A DNA stretch of 46,214 nucleotides. Source: a virus (Duplodnaviria; Caudoviricetes). Both the position numbers and the translations under genes were made by a program. Of the stretch, positions 5,631 to 15,099 are shown piece by piece (position 1 is the stretch's first letter; each line of letters starts with the position of its first letter). The notes under the pieces were generated by a model. The model made no database searches. It saw only the letters and a program-made list of their open reading frames with translations, and was not told the origin of the DNA. The stretch covers positions 1 to 46,214 of the IMG/VR virus record IMGVR_UViG_3300033417_000015; one strand, given 5' to 3'.

Positions 5631-7946
5631 TCACTCGCTTCCTTCGATGATCACGGCGTTATGCCCCACGGTCTCAACTTCGGCGGTCAGTGTCCAACTT
5701 TCCGATTCCCCTTCCGCGCGCGCGCTGATCCTCCTGGTCAGGCTGAGCGGCAGTAGTCGCGCGCCATTTACTAGGAGCGACAAAAGACGTTGCGGGATGT
5801 GATCCGTCTGAAGTGGGCCAACTGTAACCCATTCCATTGCAGACGGATCAATCGGCGGCAGACTTTTGACGCCCACCAAGTCGAATTCGAGCAAGCCCCA
5901 CTCTGAGTTCAAACGCTCATACAGATGCCCAATCATATTCGCCAGTCCGCCGTCATTCTGGACAAGTTTGTTGCTCACTGTCAACGTTTGCCCGCCTTGC
6001 CCGTAGACCTTCCCCGGCGCGATGCAAAAGGCGGTCAACACCTTGTCCGGCCCCGCCTCGGTCGCGGTGTAGACTAGCGCGTCGTACACGTCCACGGTGT
6101 CGGCGAGCGGCTCGACCGTGACAGTCGTGTCATTGACCGCGGCATTGGCGGCCACCGTCACCCAAGGTAGACGGATGCCGCCCAACCCGATTAAGTCAAT
6201 CACGGCATCGTCCGGGATGGCGACGGGCAATGCCTGCACGTTGAGCGTGGTCGCGCCGGGACTATGAAACGCCGTGGCGCGGATGGCATAGTCTACCTGC
6301 ACTGTCGTCGCCGTGTATGTCCAACCCTCAATCGCCCCACCGCCGCGGATCCACTGGTAACGCGGCGGGCGTTGATGCAACAGGCGCACGCTGCGAATAT
6401 GCCCGGCGAGCGTCGCCTGCACCGTGCTGGTGCGGCTGATCGCCGCCTGCAGCATCGGGTCAATGCGAAGCTGCAATTGGCCCTGGGCATTGCAGCTGAC
6501 GTTATGATCGATCTGGATGATACGCGCTTGTTCGGCTAGTTGCTGGTAGAGGGTAACCGCGGACGCGCTGCGGGTGTTAAAGTCCAGCGCGAAATCCAGC
6601 GTCGGCCACAGCCAATCGGCCAGTTCGAGCGCAAACGAATGCCGGCGCGCCAGATAATCCAGCAGCATATACAGGTTGGGCCGGTACATCTCCTGCCAGT
6701 TGCGCGGCCCCTCGTTGTAGGTGAGCAGGTCGCTGGTCGTCAGCGCGGCGGGCAGCGGGTCGGTGCCAAAGGCGGTCGCGCCCACGGCGACGTTGCTCTG
6801 CACCACGATCTCGTTGAGCGATGGGTCGAGCAGCACAAAGCCGATTTCGAGCGCGGCGGGCAGCGGGTCGCAGACCACCAACACCGCGCCCAGCGCAGCA
6901 TCCGCGGCCACCGTGATCGTGTACACATCGTCATGGTGCGCCAGCGCCTGCGCTTGCCCCGGCAACGTGTCCAGTTTGCCCGCCAGGTCGAGCAGGTTGA
7001 GCGTGGTGTCGCGTAAAAAGCCCGTCTTGACAAACTCCAGCGCGGCGGTGTCGGTGTGATGCCAGCCGACAAATTGGCAATAGTGGTCAGGGCCGTTATC
7101 GTCGTCAAAGATCAGCGCCACCGTGCCATCGGGGTAGGTGCTGCGCGGGATGTTGGAGAGGGCGCGCACGCTTACGGCTTGCCCGCGCTGCGTCGCTTCC
7201 CAACTCTCGACAAACCACTTAGGGATGGTGAGGCTGCCATCGGCATCATCCGCCACCACCATCACGTACATCGTATGTTCGTAGTTGTTGGTATCGGTGA
7301 CGGTCAGCGACACTTCGTGCACGCCCACCGGGAAGGTGGCGGTGATGGCCGCGGACGCGGACGTGCCGACGGTTATCGTCCCACTGCCTACATTCCACAG
7401 ATAGTCGGTCAGCCCCAGACCAAACGGCATGGAGTAGGAGTTCACGGCGTCAAACTCCACGGTCAGCAGCTCGGTGATGGCGTCCACCACGCCCGCGCGC
7501 GTCGGCCCGGCATTGGCCTTGGGGTAAAACTCGACGCCCGCGCCGTTGGACTCAAACAGTTGGTCATAATCCTTCATCTGCAACACAAACGGCACGCTGC
7601 CCAGCGTCACGGTGCGTTGGATGCGGCTCCACGGCTGGCGGAGATCTAGGATCGCCCAATAGCTATCCACCGCGATGTTGATCTCGCCATCGTGTGTACC
7701 CTGCGACGAGTAACCAATAAACAGATCGCCAGTGCCAAAGACCTTACGCACGTAACTACGGCCCAAATCATCTAGCCCCGGCGCGGAGCCGAAAATTACG
7801 GTGCGCCCGGCGTGGGTGGCATCGTCGAGGTCGCCCACTACGCTCTTGACCGGGATGTCAGCCAGCGGGTAGATATTGCTAAAGCTGTCATTTACTTGAC
7901 CGCTGACGAGGATTGTCGGGTTGTGGAGGTAGAGCCTGCGCGTCAT
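5631..7946 (-). CDS. Large minor tail / baseplate hub protein with a PKD-like domain and two related inserted beta domains
   Basis: Position after tape measure; YLWNVGSG...FPVGVHEVSLTVTD PKD-like segment; repeated TVAAxAA...xPL segments. Confidence 0.75.
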   Translation of the reverse strand: MTRRLYLHNPTILVSGQVNDSFSNIYPLADIPVKSVVGDLDDATHAGRTVIFGSAPGLDDLGRSYVRKVFGTGDLFIGYSSQGTHDGEINIAVDSYWAILDLRQPWSRIQRTVTLGSVPFVLQMKDYDQLFESNGAGVEFYPKANAGPTRAGVVDAITELLTVEFDAVNSYSMPFGLGLTDYLWNVGSGTITVGTSASAAITATFPVGVHEVSLTVTDTNNYEHTMYVMVVADDADGSLTIPKWFVESWEATQRGQAVSVRALSNIPRSTYPDGTVALIFDDDNGPDHYCQFVGWHHTDTAALEFVKTGFLRDTTLNLLDLAGKLDTLPGQAQALAHHDDVYTITVAADAALGAVLVVCDPLPAALEIGFVLLDPSLNEIVVQSNVAVGATAFGTDPLPAALTTSDLLTYNEGPRNWQEMYRPNLYMLLDYLARRHSFALELADWLWPTLDFALDFNTRSASAVTLYQQLAEQARIIQIDHNVSCNAQGQLQLRIDPMLQAAISRTSTVQATLAGHIRSVRLLHQRPPRYQWIRGGGAIEGWTYTATTVQVDYAIRATAFHSPGATTLNVQALPVAIPDDAVIDLIGLGGIRLPWVTVAANAAVNDTTVTVEPLADTVDVYDALVYTATEAGPDKVLTAFCIAPGKVYGQGGQTLTVSNKLVQNDGGLANMIGHLYERLNSEWGLLEFDLVGVKSLPPIDPSAMEWVTVGPLQTDHIPQRLLSLLVNGARLLPLSLTRRISARAEGESESWTLTAEVETVGHNAVIIEGSE

Positions 7947-7966
7947 TGGGGATTTACTCCTGTAAA

Positions 7967-8056
7967 TGGTATAATTACGGGAGCAAAAGCCAACAAAAAC
8001 ACCGGGCGACGCCTCACGAGCGCCCCCGGCTTGACACCTGAAAGGATAAGTTTCAG
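7967..8056 (+). promoter_or_regulatory. HNH leader: extended -10 TGGTATAAT, hairpin at 8002-8029, RBS-sequestering hairpin
   Basis: CTGAAAGGATAAGTTTCAG pairs over the SD immediately before ATG 8057. Confidence 0.65.
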
Positions 8057-8896
8057 ATGCACCACAAGCATACCCCAGACGCGCCCCAACTCAAACAATG
8101 TACCAAGTGCAGAGAATTCAAGCCCGCGACGGCGGAATTTTTCACCAGGGCAAAACGCGGCAAGTTTGGTTTTCGGGCGCAATGCAAAGCCTGCGAGCGC
8201 GCTTATCGAGTCGCCAACAGAGAACACAGGCTGGCAGTAGATCGCGCCTACCATGCGGCGAATCGAGAGCGGAGAAACGCCGAATCCCACGCGTACCATG
8301 AAGCAAACAAAGAACGATCGCGAGCCAAAAATCGCGCTTGGGCCGCCGCCAACGCCGAACGAAACCGCGAGGCGGCTCGCTCCTATTACGCGGCAAATAA
8401 GGACAAGGTGGTAGCCTATCGGCGCGCAAACGCCGACGCCATTCGAGAGTGGAAGCGTGCGGATCGCGCCAGGAAGCGACAAGAAAAGGAAGAGCGTGAA
8501 CGTCAGTGGAGAGAAGATCATCCGCAAGAGTACGAAGCGCAACTCCGCGGACGAGAGGAAAGGCAAAAGGAACGAATCTCGCGCAAGAATCGGTTGTGGC
8601 GCATCAACAACCGCGAGGCCAGCCGCGCCAAAGATACGCGTCGCCGCATTCGCAAAATGAAGGCGGAAGGAAACCATACCGGCGATGATATAAAGCGTCA
8701 GTACAAAGCCCAAAAGGGGCGTTGCTACTATTGCGGTGTAAAAGTTGGTCAAGACTATCATGTAGATCACGTCATTCCGCTTTCGCGCGGCGGCTCAAAC
8801 GGCCCCGAAAATATCGTTATATCCTGCCCATTCTGCAATCAATCAAAAAAAGATAAAATGCCCCACGAGTGGAATGGCAGCAATCGCTTGCTTTAG
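8057..8896 (+). CDS. HNH homing endonuclease inserted antisense in the tail module
   Basis: N-terminal CTKC/CKAC zinc motifs, R/E-rich helical repeats, C-terminal CYYC...HVDHVIPLSRGGSN...N...CPFCN. Confidence 0.93.
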   Translation: MHHKHTPDAPQLKQCTKCREFKPATAEFFTRAKRGKFGFRAQCKACERAYRVANREHRLAVDRAYHAANRERRNAESHAYHEANKERSRAKNRAWAAANAERNREAARSYYAANKDKVVAYRRANADAIREWKRADRARKRQEKEERERQWREDHPQEYEAQLRGREERQKERISRKNRLWRINNREASRAKDTRRRIRKMKAEGNHTGDDIKRQYKAQKGRCYYCGVKVGQDYHVDHVIPLSRGGSNGPENIVISCPFCNQSKKDKMPHEWNGSNRLL

Positions 8897-9484
8897 CTAC
8901 GCCGCGAGGTACATATTTTTCAGTAGCACTTTGATATTGCGCGGAAAATAGTTCCGCCATTGCCCATCTTCGCCACCAAATTGAGGTTGCACAGCAGTGG
9001 CGTTCCATCTTTTCCATTCCTGATCTTGATCCCGCAGTGTTACCGTCACCTCGTTTTCGAGTTGATCCTTTATACCGTACTGAGTAAGGACTTCTTGATA
9101 CTGAGTAGCATCTTCCAGAGCGTCGTATTCCAAATATGCGTGTTTGGCGTCGTCTTGAAAGTTTTGATTGGCCGAATGATTCCGACGGGTCACCAGAATC
9201 CCAAGACACCTTGGCTGCGGGTCGAGGCGTGTCAGGGCTGCCGCCGCCAAATCATGGCCGTCACCCACCGCGTAGAAGTCGGGCGGGGGCAGTTCTAGCT
9301 CTATGTAGACGCCCGCATTGGTTACGCGTGCCCACTCGCCAGCCAACTCGGTATATAGCCCAACATCAGTGGCACGCGCCCAAGTCCGCTTTAGCTCTAT
9401 GTAGAGGCCTGCGTCAGTTACGCGCACCCACTCGCCGCCAACCTCTAAATATACGCCTGCGTCAGTGACGCGTACGCTAGGCAT
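8897..9484 (-). CDS. Minor tail protein with four 16-aa N-terminal repeats; C-terminal domain paralogous to 10504-10881
   Basis: Repeats (V/A)R(V/A)T(D/N)(A/V)G(V/L)Y(L/I/T)E; shared YAVG...LED...VT...W.R.N...QP..G..G.....F pattern. Confidence 0.8.
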   Translation of the reverse strand: MPSVRVTDAGVYLEVGGEWVRVTDAGLYIELKRTWARATDVGLYTELAGEWARVTNAGVYIELELPPPDFYAVGDGHDLAAAALTRLDPQPRCLGILVTRRNHSANQNFQDDAKHAYLEYDALEDATQYQEVLTQYGIKDQLENEVTVTLRDQDQEWKRWNATAVQPQFGGEDGQWRNYFPRNIKVLLKNMYLAA

Positions 9485-10502
9485 AAGTTCCTGCGGAGAC
9501 GACTCTCATTTCCGCGGCGTTGACGTTCGTATCATTCAACGCGCTCCCATCCGGCAACGCGGTCAGGCGTCCTTGCGCCAGGTCATAAGTTGTGCTGAGG
9601 TCAACCGCGGGCGCGTCGTCGTCCGTACTGGCCTTCCACAGCCCCAACGCGAGTTGGATGTCTAGCGCGGCGTCGCTCTTTTTGGCAATCGCGCTAGGCC
9701 ACAACGCCACAGGCACCCACCCCGCGGGACTGGTGATTGCCGCTTTGGTGTACTGGTCAACCAGGCCAGTAGACCCCGCCTCGTTGTAGGTGGTGTCGTC
9801 GTCAGGCGTCACGCCGTCATCGACATTGAGGTAATTGTCCGTGCTATCGGCATCTTGTCCCGTTAGCCCGCTGACTTGCCCGTTGCCGTTGGCGAGGCCA
9901 AAGGCAAAGCGGCGCGAGGGCGCGGGCTGCGTGGTTTCGCCCGCCGCGTTGTAGAGGCATAGGTCGCCAGCATAGAGATAGCTATCCCAGCCAATGCTGA
10001 TGCGCCCGCCTACCATCCAGGATGTAATCGCCTCGGCATCGATTCCCGTAGTATGCGACATGACTAGATTGGAGCCGACATAAAAATCAAAGCGATTTCC
10101 AGCACTAAAGTAGACTGACCACTCCGACCACGTATCCACCGGGCCGAGCAACGCCGGGTCTGCTGTGGTGAGGGTGGTTGAGTTTTCAAGTAGGCGAAGT
10201 TCGGGCGCATTGTTGTAACCCACTTTGTAGGTAACACCCAGCGAGTTGGTGAGGTGGAAGGCGATGCCCGTGCGGTTTCCGCTTACCCCAACCCCGTTGT
10301 GGTTAAACCAGCCGCCCAACACGAGCGTACTCAGGCCGCCTGGAATTGACCGGCCTACGCCATCTGTATTCGCAAAGCGGCAACTATATGTGCCGGTGAT
10401 CGCCTTCGTACTGCTGATGGTCGGCAACGTCGCGCCCGACGCCACGTTCGTTTCTGCGAGGCCCATTTCAAAGCCGAGTGCCTGTAACGGTACTAATGCC
10501 AT
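9477..10502 (-). CDS. Minor tail protein, possible lectin/LamG-like domain
   Basis: Coupled in the tail operon; GGAGG SD before ATG 10502; beta-rich, Gly/Thr/Ser-rich. Confidence 0.75.
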   Translation of the reverse strand: MALVPLQALGFEMGLAETNVASGATLPTISSTKAITGTYSCRFANTDGVGRSIPGGLSTLVLGGWFNHNGVGVSGNRTGIAFHLTNSLGVTYKVGYNNAPELRLLENSTTLTTADPALLGPVDTWSEWSVYFSAGNRFDFYVGSNLVMSHTTGIDAEAITSWMVGGRISIGWDSYLYAGDLCLYNAAGETTQPAPSRRFAFGLANGNGQVSGLTGQDADSTDNYLNVDDGVTPDDDTTYNEAGSTGLVDQYTKAAITSPAGWVPVALWPSAIAKKSDAALDIQLALGLWKASTDDDAPAVDLSTTYDLAQGRLTALPDGSALNDTNVNAAEMRVVSAGTYA

Positions 10503-10503
10503 G

Positions 10504-10881
10504 CTAAACCTCCTCCACTGCCACCAAATCGGCAATCGTAATCACGTAATCTTTAAGGAAATAGTCTCTTCTGCTTCCGTCCGCACCAACGCGCGGCTGC
10601 TTAGCCCAGCCGTTGTACCTGACCCACTCCAACGTCTGGCTGCGCGTGCGCCATGTCACCGCCGCCACCTCGTTGTCAAGCACATCAAACAACGCCATCG
10701 CGGCCTGAAATGACGCGTCATCCTCAAGCATGTCAAAGACAGGCCGCGCGTAGAGCAGTTCCTCGCGCGTGCCGCCATCGCTGTAGCTGCGCTCAGTGAG
10801 GACTTCGCCGCCGCGACAATCAACGGGAATGAGGTCAATATCGGGTACGTTCCAACCCAGACCAACTGCGTAACTGGTCAT
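10504..10881 (-). CDS. Distal-tail-like minor tail protein
   Basis: Immediately downstream of tape measure with an ATGA overlap. Confidence 0.7.
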   Translation of the reverse strand: MTSYAVGLGWNVPDIDLIPVDCRGGEVLTERSYSDGGTREELLYARPVFDMLEDDASFQAAMALFDVLDNEVAAVTWRTRSQTLEWVRYNGWAKQPRVGADGSRRDYFLKDYVITIADLVAVEEV

Positions 10882-13565
10882 CTCTGCTGATACCTCCCCG
10901 CGGCGTTGTTGAGCAGCAATTCCATTTGCTTGCTGACCTCGTTGGCAATGTCATACGGCGATTGATTGCCGGTCGGAAAAATCTGGATTGCGCCCGGGCT
11001 GACCACGACGCTTGACGTGCTGCTGTTGGTCGTGCCACCACCACCTGGCGCGGCCAACGGCGGCGGCGTATACAGGCCAGGATTGGCGCGGTCAACATAG
11101 GGCTGGCTGCGGAGCTCCAACGCGCGGCGCTCGGCGTCGAGTAGCTCCTGATGCCGCTTGAGCACGCCCGCGTTGAGCCGCTCCTGCTCATCCAGCCACG
11201 CTTGGTTGTGGATGCCCACCGCCTCCAAAAAGGCGTTGGACTCCTCGGTGAACTGCGCGCGCTTTTCCGCCTCTTCGGTTTTGATTTGCTCGATGCGTTC
11301 GACGTGCGCGGCGGCCAATTCCTCTAATTGCGCCTGGTGATCTGCGGCTTGGCGGCCTAGCCGAATCCCGCGCTCGATGTCCTCCTGCTGCTTTTGGTCA
11401 TCAAAGGCGCGGCGCATATCGTCGATGCGGAGCGCGTCATTCTCGGCTTGCTCGGCTAGGCGCAAAGCGTGCGCCTCTTGCTGCTGGGTGATGCTCTTAT
11501 CGAGCGCGTGCGCCTCTTGCGTCAGCCGTTTGTCATGCGCTTTGTTTTCGGCGTCGATGCGCTTTTGTAGGTTGGCGGCCTCCTGGGTGGCGGCTTTGCG
11601 CCCCGCCGCATCCTGCTCGCTGATCGACTCGGTGAGCCGTGCGCGCTCTTTGGCGATAGCTTCCTGGTTGGCTTTGGCACGCTCTTCAGCTTCGTCGGCA
11701 AAACGCTGCTGCTCTTGGAAGATGGCATAGGCGTCCAGTTGTGCTACCGCGCTGAGCAAGGTGCGGCGGTGGTCGCGCTGCGCGCGCTCGCGTTCGCGTA
11801 GTTGGTCGGCCTCCAGCTCGGTGATGCGTTTGCTTGACTGCGCGCGCGCCTCTTCAATGCGCTCCTGCGTGGCGGCGCGTTGTTCGGCATTGCGTGCGGC
11901 GCTGTCGGCGCGTGCTTCGGCCAGCTTCTCTTCGTGGTCGGCGACCATCTGGCTGACGCGTTCGGCGCTGTCCGCCCGCGCTTGCCCAATCGTGCGCTCT
12001 AGGTCAGCCGCCCACTTGACGCGTTGACGTGCGCTGTCCTGCGCTACGTCGAGGATGGAGAGCTGTAGCTTGCGTTCGGCGTTGGCGCGCTGGCGGCCAA
12101 AGTCCTCCTGCTCGCGCAGGACGCTTTTTTCGTAGTTGGAGACAAGCGACGCTTGTTGGCGCAAATAGGCGCGCGTCTGTTCCAACCGCTCCACCCTGGC
12201 GTCGCGTTCGATCTCGGTGAAACCCTCTTCGCGGCGGCGCAAGGCGGCCGTCTGATCGTCGTCAAAGCTGGGGCCGGATGCGCCCCCACGCCCGCGACCG
12301 GGATGACGCGCGGCGTCGCGCCCGGCTGAACTAGCAATAAAGCGTTGCTGCATTCCCGTCGGCACTGAGACGCCCGCCAAGCGTTGCAGCGCCGCAGTGA
12401 GGTCTTGCGCCGCGCGTTCCATGCCGCGCAGCGATTCGGTTTGCGCCATAATCCAGGCTGCCAATAAGTTGCCGCCCAGATTGACGGGAGCAGAAACAAT
12501 CTGGCCTATTTCTAGCCTGGCGTCTTTTGCCGCCACGCCCACCTTCTCTATTCCCGTTGCGGCCCCTTCTGCCGATTTCGCCAACGCGCCAAACTTTTCG
12601 TTAAGCAGCCCCAGGATCGCTTCCTGGAACGCCGCTTCGCGCGTCATGCCCGCGCTGGATGCGCGAAGTTCAGCGATGCGATTGTTGACCTCGGCAATGC
12701 CTAAGCCAATTTGATCCAGGCGGCGCAAGCTCTGATTGGAGATGGCAAGCTGCACCTCTTGGCTCATTTGGTCTTGCGCTACGCCCATCGCAATCGAACT
12801 TCCGCGCACGGCCGTGGTGAACCGCGTTACCTCGGCTTCGCTGTTGCCAAAACCCACGGCCATCAGCCGCGTGACATTGGCGAGCGCGCTGGTTCTGTCC
12901 ACCGCCCCGCCCGATGCGCGCGTGTACGCCGCTAGCAGCCCATTCAGCCTGCCTGTGCCACCCGCCAGGTTTTCCGCCGCCACGCGTTGGCGGTTGTAGG
13001 CGACCGCCAGGTTGCTGGCATCAACCGCGGCGCGCGCGCCCTGTGACACCGCCAACCCTGCCGCAATCGGCAGCGCGCCACCCGCCAACCCGCCCGCAAT
13101 CGCCCCGACTGGCCCACCAATGCCGCCCAAAGCCGCGCCCGCAAATTGGCTAACACCCTGGCCCATGCCGCGCTGGGTGGCGTTGCGCTGACGAATCTCG
13201 GCATTAAAGGCCGTGGTCTTGCGTCGCTCTTCCTGGATCGCCACCTGCGAGGCAGTACGCGCGGCCTGCTGTTGGGCCACCGACTCGGCGCGCGCTTGCT
13301 GGATGCGAACCTGTGACTCGGCGCGCGTCGATGCGCTGATCTGCGTCTGTTGCGCGCGCAAGACCACGGTTGTCTGCCGCGCTTGTTCGAGGGCGAGGCG
13401 TTGTTCGTTTTGGAGGGTGCGGAAGGCTTGCGAGATTTCGCGCGCGGTGGCCTGCCCCGCCTCACGCGCCACAGCGGGCGCGGCGCGCATGGCGGATAGG
13501 TCAATGCCGATGCGCGCTTGGGGGCCGCCTGCTGTTTGTCCGCCTGGTGGTCTAGCTGTCGCCAT
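10878..13565 (-). CDS. Tape measure protein
   Basis: 895 aa, Ala/Gln/Arg-rich helical, Gly-rich hydrophobic stretch, follows tail tube and chaperone genes. Confidence 0.9.
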   Translation of the reverse strand: MATARPPGGQTAGGPQARIGIDLSAMRAAPAVAREAGQATAREISQAFRTLQNEQRLALEQARQTTVVLRAQQTQISASTRAESQVRIQQARAESVAQQQAARTASQVAIQEERRKTTAFNAEIRQRNATQRGMGQGVSQFAGAALGGIGGPVGAIAGGLAGGALPIAAGLAVSQGARAAVDASNLAVAYNRQRVAAENLAGGTGRLNGLLAAYTRASGGAVDRTSALANVTRLMAVGFGNSEAEVTRFTTAVRGSSIAMGVAQDQMSQEVQLAISNQSLRRLDQIGLGIAEVNNRIAELRASSAGMTREAAFQEAILGLLNEKFGALAKSAEGAATGIEKVGVAAKDARLEIGQIVSAPVNLGGNLLAAWIMAQTESLRGMERAAQDLTAALQRLAGVSVPTGMQQRFIASSAGRDAARHPGRGRGGASGPSFDDDQTAALRRREEGFTEIERDARVERLEQTRAYLRQQASLVSNYEKSVLREQEDFGRQRANAERKLQLSILDVAQDSARQRVKWAADLERTIGQARADSAERVSQMVADHEEKLAEARADSAARNAEQRAATQERIEEARAQSSKRITELEADQLRERERAQRDHRRTLLSAVAQLDAYAIFQEQQRFADEAEERAKANQEAIAKERARLTESISEQDAAGRKAATQEAANLQKRIDAENKAHDKRLTQEAHALDKSITQQQEAHALRLAEQAENDALRIDDMRRAFDDQKQQEDIERGIRLGRQAADHQAQLEELAAAHVERIEQIKTEEAEKRAQFTEESNAFLEAVGIHNQAWLDEQERLNAGVLKRHQELLDAERRALELRSQPYVDRANPGLYTPPPLAAPGGGGTTNSSTSSVVVSPGAIQIFPTGNQSPYDIANEVSKQMELLLNNAAGRYQQR

Positions 13566-13901
13566 GAGCTACGTCTTTTGCTTTACGAGACTATAGGTGG
13601 GCACGTGGTGCGCTCTAGTTACGAGCAGCGGGTTGCCAATTGGCTTTGCGAACACAATATCTCGTATATCTATGAACCATCGTTGCCATTCCCAGGGCTT
13701 GGAGATTTCCTTGTGAATGGCTGGTACATTGAAATTTGGGGTGTCAATAACGCCAAATACAACGCGCGCAAAGCCATAAAGCAGGTTCAGTACAAGGCGC
13801 ATGGCTTGCCTCTGATTGAATTGCCTGTTCATAGCTTCCACAAAGCGAATAAGGAGTTGTGGAAACGTAGGCTGTCTATATGTATGAAGTCGCCACTGTA
13901 A
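13566..13901 (+). pseudogene. PD-(D/E)XK endonuclease domain on the opposite strand, apparently lacking its own start (homing-nuclease remnant)
   Basis: GHVVRSSYEQRVANWL...YIYEP...GDFLV...YIEIWG motif; lower GC; no SD/ATG outside the tape measure gene. Confidence 0.6.
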
Positions 13902-13913
13902 ACCAATCATCTT

Positions 13914-14291
13914 TTAACTCGAATGTCGCCTGAGGATTTCCAGGACGCCTCGATACAAAACGGGCCAGAAATGATCAGAGGTTGACGATAGGATTTCATA
14001 TCGCCCCGAACTTACCGTTTCTAAGTACCACGAATAATCCAGCGTCACGTCATGGCTCATCAGCAGATAGACCGCCTGATGCACCACATGGTCGATGTCG
14101 CTCCATAACCCGCGGCGCGCATCTCCTGTGCGGTCAGTCCAACGCGCGTTGGCCTGCATATAGGCCGTGACCTGCTCCGTGAGGCCGTCGATCAAAGCCA
14201 CCACATCCTGCTCAATCGCGTCAATGCGGTTTTGCACGACCGCCGCCATATATGCGGCGGGGTCGATTGTCCATGTCACAAGCTCGCTCAT
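13914..14291 (-). CDS. HK97 gp10-like neck / tail-completion protein
   Basis: NARWTDRTGDARRGL...YSWYLE...GRYEIL pattern. Confidence 0.75.
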   Translation of the reverse strand: MSELVTWTIDPAAYMAAVVQNRIDAIEQDVVALIDGLTEQVTAYMQANARWTDRTGDARRGLWSDIDHVVHQAVYLLMSHDVTLDYSWYLETVSSGRYEILSSTSDHFWPVLYRGVLEILRRHSS

Positions 14292-14685
14292 TTATTGCAC
14301 CTGCTCCGGCTCCGGCGGCACATAACGCCACATGCGCCCGCGGCTGCCTGGCAAAGCGGCCAACGCGCGTAGTTGCTCGACAAAATCCTCGAAGGTCACG
14401 CCGCTGCGTTCAGCTTGTGGACGCGGTAGACGAAAGCGCGAGTCAAGTAGCTGTGCCAACGCGTACTTGGGCCGCGTCTCATGTTGCTTCGGGTCGCCGG
14501 TTGGCACGCGCTCATGCAGCGCATTTTCGATGGTCAGCCCCACATATAGCACAGCATGATCCAGCTTCCAACCCGTCAGCTTGTTTTGCAGACACGGCCA
14601 ATCAAAGCGCTGGCTCGGCCTGCCCCCCCACGTCTTGCAATCCAGATACAAGTCCCACATGGCGCGTTTGTTGGCGACGAAAATT
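14292..14685 (-). CDS. Tail assembly chaperone downstream ORF (gpT-like), probably reached by frameshift; alternative ATG at 14660
   Basis: Overlaps the end of the chaperone gene in the +1 frame; no SD before ATG 14660. Confidence 0.6.
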
Positions 14686-15069
14686 GTCCAACGCGCGTGC
14701 CGGGTCATTGGCGAGATTGTAGATTTCCCAGATTTCGGCGCTGTATAACTCGCTAAACTCCGTCGGGCCGCGCAACACGTGTTCCACCAGCCACTTGGCA
14801 AGCCGGTAGCGTTCCGCGGCGTGCTTGGCGCGCGCGGCATCATTGGCGGCAGGCGGATAGAGTTCGCGCGCAACAATGGCGGCGAGTTCGTTGGGGATTT
14901 CGCCGTTGTCTTGCAGCATATCGAGTTCCGCCACGACCATCTCGACGACGCGCCCGGTGCCAAGTTCGACGGTAAACGTGTCATGCAGCGGCAGCGGGAT
15001 TTCGCCCGCGGGGGTGGGCTTGAGCAGGACGCCATTGGAGGCGATTACTTGTGCATTGGTTTTTGCCAT
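14602..15069 (-). CDS. Tail assembly chaperone (gpG-like)
   Basis: Directly downstream of the major tail protein; GAGG SD. Confidence 0.75.
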   Translation of the reverse strand: MAKTNAQVIASNGVLLKPTPAGEIPLPLHDTFTVELGTGRVVEMVVAELDMLQDNGEIPNELAAIVARELYPPAANDAARAKHAAERYRLAKWLVEHVLRGPTEFSELYSAEIWEIYNLANDPARALDNFRRQQTRHVGLVSGLQDVGGQAEPAL

Positions 15070-15099
15070 ATAATCCTCAATCTAGTTGTGTGATAATGC

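Noticed and set aside
7953-7964. 12-mer TTTACTCCTGTA shared with 35282-35293 near two HNH promoters
   Set aside because: It lies on opposite sides and orientations relative to the two promoters and largely reflects an AGGAG SD-like sequence; likely coincidental.
7943-8770. 275-aa hydrophobic minus-strand ORF resembling a membrane protein
   Set aside because: It is the antisense shadow of the R/E/K-rich HNH gene, which has clear motifs and its own promoter.
4926-10502. Diversity-generating retroelement acting on tail genes
   Set aside because: No reverse transcriptase and no template/variable repeat pair differing at adenines was seen.
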